NCBI RefSeq assembly: GCF_009914755.1
Contig: NC_060927.1
Direction: 5' to 3' (one strand)
Source: the human T2T-CHM13v2.0 reference genome, Homo sapiens
DNA: 64,000 bases
Shown: positions 57,501 through 64,000 of the stretch, piece after piece
Layout of the letters: every line of letters begins with the position of its first letter
Numbering within the stretch: the stretch's first letter is position 1
The notes under the pieces: model-generated
Databases searched by the model: none
Seen by the model: only the letters and a program-made list of their open reading frames with translations
What the model was told of the DNA's origin: nothing
Made by a program: the position numbers and the translations under genes

Positions 57501-57924
57501 TGCTCAAAGCAAAAAAGCTCCACTTGAAAATTGGTGTATATGATGATGTCAAAAGGACAAAGGAGAAGGGGTAGACGAGGAAAAGGGTAGCTGTGGGTAT
57601 TGAAGTTAAGTGGTGGCAAAGGCCATCAGAGTAGAGGAGAGCTGTAATTGTGAGGCTGAGACATTGTTTGGATCACGGAGTGGCAGAAAGACTGGTTTTG
57701 TAGAGGAAATTAATTTGAAGTTTGGTGAATGAGAGCACTGAGTAAGGGGGAAGCTAGCAAGAACTAGTTGGCATTAGTGTCAAAAAAAAAAAAAGATTTA
57801 CATGGCAGTGGAAGACGAATGTCAAGAAACAGTGGGGAGTTGGAAGAATGTTCCTTTTCTGGTGTGCAAGAATAGCAAAATAGCAAACATGGTGTCTATT
57901 GAAAGAAGGAGTGAGGGGAATATA

Positions 57925-60776
57925 TTTTAATTTTGACTTTTATTTTAGATACAGAGCATACATGTGCAGATTTGTTACATGGGAATATTGTGTGATGCTG
58001 AGATTTGGGGTATGGATCCCTTCACCTAGGTAGTAAGCATGGTACCCAATAGGTAGTTTTTCAACCCATGCCCCCTTCCCTTCCTCTCCTCTCTAGTAGT
58101 CTGATATGGTTTGGCTGTGTCCCCACCCAAATCTCATCTTGAATTTCCACATGTTGTGGGAGAGACCTGGTGAAAGGTAATTGAATCATGGGGGTGAGTG
58201 TTTCCTATGTTGTTCTCCTGATATTGAATAAGTCTCACAAGATCTGATGGTTTTAAAAATGGGAGTTCTCCTGTACAAGCTCTCTTGTCTGCCACCATGT
58301 GAGCTGTGGCTCTCACCTTCTGCCATGATTGTGAGGTCTCCCCAGCCACATGGTACTGTAAGTCCAATAATCCTCTTTTTTTTTTTTGTAAATTGCCCAG
58401 TCTCTGGTATGTCTTTATCAGCGGTGTGCAAACAGACTAATAGAGTAAATTTGTACCAGTAGAGTGAGATATTGCTGAAAAGATACCTGAAAATGTGGAA
58501 GCGACTTTGGAACTGGGTAACAGGCAGAGGTTGGAACAGTTTGGAGGACTCAGAAGAAGACAGGAAAATGTGAGAAAGTTTGGAACTCCCTAGAGACTTG
58601 TTGAATGGCTTTGATCAAAATGTTGATAATGATATGGACAACGAACTCCAGGTTGAGGTGGGTCTCACAGGGAGATGAGAAACTTGTTGGGAACTGGAGC
58701 AAAGGTGACTCTTGTTAAGTTTTAGCAAAGAGACTGGTGGCATTTTACCCCTGCTCTAGAGATCTGTGGAATTTTGAACTTGAGAGAGATGATTTAGGGT
58801 ATCTGGCAGAAGAAATGTCTAAGCAGCAAAGCATTCAAGAGGCTATTTTGTGCTGTTAACGGCATTCAGTTTTATAAGGGAAGCAGGGCATATAAGTTTG
58901 GAGAATTTGCAACCTCACAATGCAATAGAAAAGAAAATCCCATTTTCTGAGGAGAAATGCAAGCCAGCTGTAGCAATTTGCATAAGAAACAATTAGCCAA
59001 ATGTTAATCCCCAAGACAATGGGGAAAATGTCTCCAGGGCATGTCAGAGGTCTTCACAGCAGCCCCTCCCATCACAGGCTCAGAGGCCTAGGAGGAAAAA
59101 GTGGTTTCATGGGCCGGGCCCAGGGTCTCTCTGCCATGTGCAACCTAGGGACTTGTTACCCTGTGTCCCAGCCACTCCAGCCATGGCTGAAAGGGCCCAA
59201 TGCAGAGCTTGGGCCATGGCTTCAGAGGGTGCAAGGCCCAAGCCTTGGCAGCTTCCATGTGGTGTTTAGCCTGCGAGTGCACAGAAGTCAACAACTGGGG
59301 TTTGGGAACCTCTGCCTAGATTTCAGAAGATGTGTGGAAACACCTGGATGTCCAGGCAGAAGGTTGCTGCAGGGGTGGGGCCCTCATGGAAAACCTCTGC
59401 TAGGGCAGTGTGGAAGGGAAATGTGGGGTCAGATCCCCCACACAGAGTGCCTACTGGGGCACCACCTAGTGGAGCTGTCAGAAGAGGGCCACTGTCCTCC
59501 AGACCCCAGAATGGTAGATCCACTGACAGCTTCCACTGTGCACCTGGAAAGGCTGCAGACACTCAACACCAGCCCACGAAAGCAGCCAGGAGGGAAGCTG
59601 TACCCTGCAAAGCCACAGGGACGGAGCTGCCCAAGACTGTGAGAATTCACCTTTTGCTTTTGCATCAGTGTGACCTGGATGTGGGACACGAAGTCAAAGG
59701 AGAGAATTTTGGAGCTTTTAGATTTAACTGCTCTGCTGGATTTCAGACTTGTATGGGGCCTGTAGCCCCTTTGTTTTGGCCAATTTCTCCCATTTGGAAT
59801 GGCTGTATTTACCCAATGCCTATACCCCCATTGTATCTAGGAAGTAACTAACTTGCTTTTGATTTTACAGGCTCATAGGCAGAAGGGACTTGTCTTGTCT
59901 TGGACGAGACTTTGGACTGTGGACATTTGAGTTAATGCTGAAATGGGTTAAGACTTTGGGGGACTGTTGGGAAGGCATGATTAGTTTTGAGATGTGAGGA
60001 CATGAGATTTGGGAGGGGCCAGGGGCAGAATGATATGGTTTGGCTGTGTCCCCACCCAAATCTCATCTTGAATTCCCACATGGTGTGGGAGGAACCTGGT
60101 GGGAGATAATGGAATCATGGGTGTGGGTCTTTCCCATGCTGTTCTTGTGATAGTGAATATGTCTCATGAGATCTGGTGGTTTTAAAAATGGGAGTTCCCT
60201 GCACAAACTTTCCCTTTGCCTGCTGTCATCCATGTAAGACATGACTTGCTCCTCCTTGACTTCTGCCATGATTGTGACGCCTCCCCAGCCATGTGGAACT
60301 TTAAGTCCTTAAACCTCTTTTTCTTTACAATTTACCCAGTCCCAGGTATGTCTTTATCAGCAGTGTGAAAACTGACAAATACATAGTTCACAGCATCTAT
60401 TATTCTCATATTTATGTCTATGTGTGCTCAATGTTTAGCTCCTGCATATAAGTAAGAACACGCAGCATTTGGTTTTCTGTTCCTGCATTAATTTGCTTAG
60501 GATTATGGCCTCCAGCTGCATCCATGTTACTGCAAAGGGCATGATTTCATTCTCTTTTATGGCTGTGTAGTATTCCATGGTGTATGTGTATCACACTTTC
60601 TTTATTCAGTCTACCATTGATGGGCACCTACATTGATTCCATATCTTTATTGTGTATATTGTCGTGATGAAGATATGAGTGTAGATGTCTTTTTGGTAGA
60701 ATGACTTATTTTCCTTTGGGTAGATACCCAGTAATGGGATTGCTGGGTCGAATGATAGCTTTGTTTCAAGTTCTGA
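57925..60776 (-). mobile_element. L1PA15/16-like 3' end split by THE1
   Basis: L1 3'UTR at 57925-58101 resumes at 60384. Confidence 0.88.
58102..60383 (+). mobile_element. Full-length THE1 (MaLR) element: LTR 58102-58444, internal 58445-60030, LTR 60031-60383
   Basis: Both LTRs begin TGATATGGTTTGGCTGTGTCCCCACCCAAATCTC; PPT before the 3' LTR; 5-bp TSD TAGTC/TAGTT. Confidence 0.95.
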
Positions 60777-61167
60777 GATAAATATTTACTGGGGAGTTGT
60801 CAGCAGATTTTTGTAAAGAAAGGTTGGGGTTACAGAAGTTTCCTTGGGAAAGAATTGTGTCTTCAGAATGCATACAAAGAAAGGGTAAGATGTAGGGTCA
60901 AAAGATAAGTTTAGAAGTAGGAGGGGAGCTGAATGAACTGAGTGCAGAAGAAAAGATCTGAGTTTGCTTACAAGCAAATTTGTACCAAAGATGTTATACT
61001 GTTATGGAAATTAAAAAGGCAAGTTTTAGAAAGATCCCAGGGTGGAAATAATTGGCATTTTAATAGGAACTTTGGCAATAAATTTTTCTATAATTCAGGT
61101 AGATTGTCTGTCCTTAGATGGAGTCAGGGATAGGGAAATAGGTTGGCTTCAGGTAGTGATTTAGAGC

Positions 61168-61470
61168 TTTGGCAATAGTTTTAAAACATGGCTGTAAATT
61201 CATTGTCATTCTCCCCATTAAGTGTTAGGGTCTACAGTCCATCCCATTGAATCTGAGAGGGCTTGTGACTGTTTTGGCCAACAGCATATGGCAGAAGTGA
61301 TGTGTTGTGATTTCTGATACTAGATCATAGCCACATACAACAAGGACCATATAGCCTTGTTGGTTGAGACATTGTCTTTTGGACCTCTGAGCAACCACAT
61401 AAGAAGCTGACTACCTTGAAACTGTATGCTGGAAAAACAACATGGAGAGATGAATTATTTGGTAAGGCCA
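61168..61470 (+). mobile_element. MLT1-type MaLR LTR fragment
   Basis: TTGAATCTGAGAGGGCTTGTGACTG...GGCAGAAGTGATG. Confidence 0.65.
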
Positions 61471-61879
61471 TGAAAAGAAGTGTGTATATATATGTGTGTG
61501 TGTGTGCGTGTGTGTGAGAGAGAGAGAGAGAAGCCATGTTCATAGCTTCTTCTTGATAAAATTTACTCTCTACTATTCTCCATTTGTGAATTGTTTTGTG
61601 TCAAATTAAGTGCTGCTTGAACTAGGGTACACTAAGAAGGTATATTCATGGAGAAAATTGTTACTACTTTGGATGTAAAGGTGGAAGAGGATTTAATATT
61701 TAAGGATAAGAAAGGAAGAAACTCCAGGTTTGGTTTTTTGGGAAGTGGGAGAGAGAAGGAAAAAAAGAGCAAATCTAGTGGAATGAGGATGGACTTGGGA
61801 GGAAGAACGGGAGAAAGCAGGCTCACTGTGGTTTAGTGGATGAAAGAAAGTAAGTATAACGAGGCAGAATAAAACCACA

Positions 61880-62220
61880 CTGTAAAGGAATAAACAGAGA
61901 GGTTTGCATTCATTGCAGTAGGCAATAAAAAGCCATGAAAATTTTACATCAGAGGAATGACAGTTTGGAGATCTGGCAAGGGGAACAAGGAGACCTGCTA
62001 AGACACTGATGCTCTAAGCATGACATTCAAAGCATGATGGTGGTGGTAAAGTAAGAGGCAGAACCATAAAATATTTTGAAGAAGGAATAATCAGCAGTGG
62101 TGTCTACACACAATGGAGAGCAGGAAAGGAAAATTCAAGAATAACTGAGGTTCCACCTGGAGAATCAAGAATAATTGTGGTGACTCTTCAAGAAATAGGG
62201 TGCTGGAAAGGGGAGCAGGA
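61880..62220. mobile_element. L2 fragment
   Basis: Degenerate L2-like purine-rich sequence. Confidence 0.4.
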
Positions 62221-62892
62221 GAATATTTAAAAAGCATGAAAATAGTGTATGAGCCTCTCCAGCCCCTGTGTAAGAAATATCACTCTATTTTTTATAGCTC
62301 AACTTAATTATTTTGAGCCTCTTTTTTGCTAAACTAGCAGAAATTTAATTTCACTTTATTCAATTCCCCGGCCCTTCTCCTTGAAGTTGTGACTGGAGTC
62401 CATAACGGTGAAGTTGTTGAAATGAGGGAAGCTGGTCCACATTGTCATTTCTCAGTGCTGGCAGCATGTGAGGTGGACTATCTCTGTGCAGTGTACTGCT
62501 TAGTCACCCCTGTCACTACTCACAGAAATCCCTTCATTTCTGCTGGGTGGACTCTATGCCCCTCTTAGGCTAACAGGATTTTACTGTTGGGGCATGAGAT
62601 GGGCATGGGGTACCCTGTGAGTTCTCCTAGAACGTCCCCTTAGATCCCACACAGTCATTTCTATTTTGGAGGTTTTATGTCTCCCTGGATCACACATAGG
62701 AGAAAGGGCTCAGAGTACCCAAACATATTATTCTTGTTATCTCCCCATAGCCCAGGGTGTGGCTCAGGTCAGGGTCAAGGCATGGGCCTCTTTGTATTTC
62801 CATAAATGGGCAAGTTAAGTTTGAAGAGATGATGGGGCCCATTTCCAAAAAGGAAATGTCCTAAGGACAAGTCAGAGAAGAATGAAAGATAA

Positions 62893-64000
62893 ACTTCTAC
62901 TTCTGGGAAGATGGATTAGATATACTTTTCCCCATATCTGCTTCTAAGTACAACTGAAAACCCTCAACACTTTATATGAAATAAACACAGGAAGATTCTG
63001 GCTGATGGAAAGAAGAAAGCAAATCAATTATGGATCTCAAGAACTAAGGAATGACATGATGGTAAGTTCCTTGAGTTTTCTTTTTGCCTCATAAATCTCA
63101 GATTTGGAACTGAAGAAACCAGCAACCTGAACATGCCAATGGGCACAGACAGAAAAAGCCCCAACAAACCCTGCTTTTGAACGAAAGGAACCGGGAAGGA
63201 GCAGCATATCAAACAGGAAACTTTTCAATAACTGCTCTACTCCAGCCAAACAACTCAGAAAGAAACGTTACCCCATGTTCCCAGAGGTCAAGTGGAGATC
63301 CTAGATTTCCATCCTCACCAGGCTATAATGAGGTGCCTAACACAGCTGCCAGGGTAGTATCAGAAAAGGACAAGTAGAAACCTTTGGATTTTAATGCCTG
63401 TTGGGCTGTGAAAGCCTAACCGCCCACCCCCACCTTCCTTTTCAGCATCAGTGGAAAGCGAGCAGAGAGTTGTGACTTCTCCTACCCCTTGGTGGGAAAG
63501 AGGCCACTCCTGTGATGTCAGTAGACGGCCTGGGGGGAATAGTAACAAGACACTCCAATCCATTTCAGCCAGTGAGGAATCAGTGGAGGCCTGCTAGGGA
63601 GCTGGAACTTTCATCCCTACCACCAGTAATGAGGAGCCCTCCTAGTGGGTGTCAAAGAGGCTGAGTAGAGAACTTAAACTATGGCTCCCACCTAGGAGTA
63701 TTGAGGTGTCACCCTCTCTTTTTTTTCTGCTAGAGCAGTGTCAAAGGAAGTTGGCTAAAACAGAGTTTAAATAAGACTCAGATTCTTAAAACATAATATC
63801 CAAAATGTTTAGGATTCAATAGAAAATCATGCATCATACCAAAAACCAGGAAGATTTCAAACTAAGTGAAAAAAAGACAACAGATGCCAACACTGAGATG
63901 ACAGGGGTGTTAGAATTATCTGACAAAGATTTTAATGCATCTATCATAAAAATATTTCAATGAACAATTACAAACACACTTGAAACAGATGAAAAAACAG
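62893..64000 (+). mobile_element. Old L1M (L1MC/MD-like) 5' region running off the window
   Basis: ACTTCTACTTCTGGGAAGATGG start; ORF1-like end GATGCCAACACTGAGATGACA...TTATCTGACAAAGATTTTAA. Confidence 0.65.

Noticed and set aside
59001-59851. 213-aa and 173-aa ORFs
   Set aside because: Lie within the THE1 internal region; repeat-derived, not host genes

Overview
Primate (almost certainly human) genomic DNA containing one protein-coding gene: the uninterrupted P2RY1 ORF (P2Y1 ADP receptor, 373 aa, 48172-49293, + strand). It has a CpG-island promoter, a GC-rich leader with four upstream ATGs, and a ~4.5 kb AT-rich downstream region with several poly(A) signals and a (TG)17 tract. The rest is intergenic and rich in repeats: a decayed ERV1 3' end with a recognisable env TM remnant, nested LTR/L1/Alu insertions with intact TSDs, an AluYa5, old L1/L2/MIR/MER2/MER44 elements and a full-length THE1 element. 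I see no convincing new biological system. The best leads are post-transcriptional features of P2RY1 (uORFs, a possible 5'UTR intron, a UG tract between distal poly(A) signals) and the asymmetric THE1 LTRs. Repeat subfamily names come from recalled consensus sequences and need RepeatMasker/Dfam confirmation; boundaries of old repeats are approximate.
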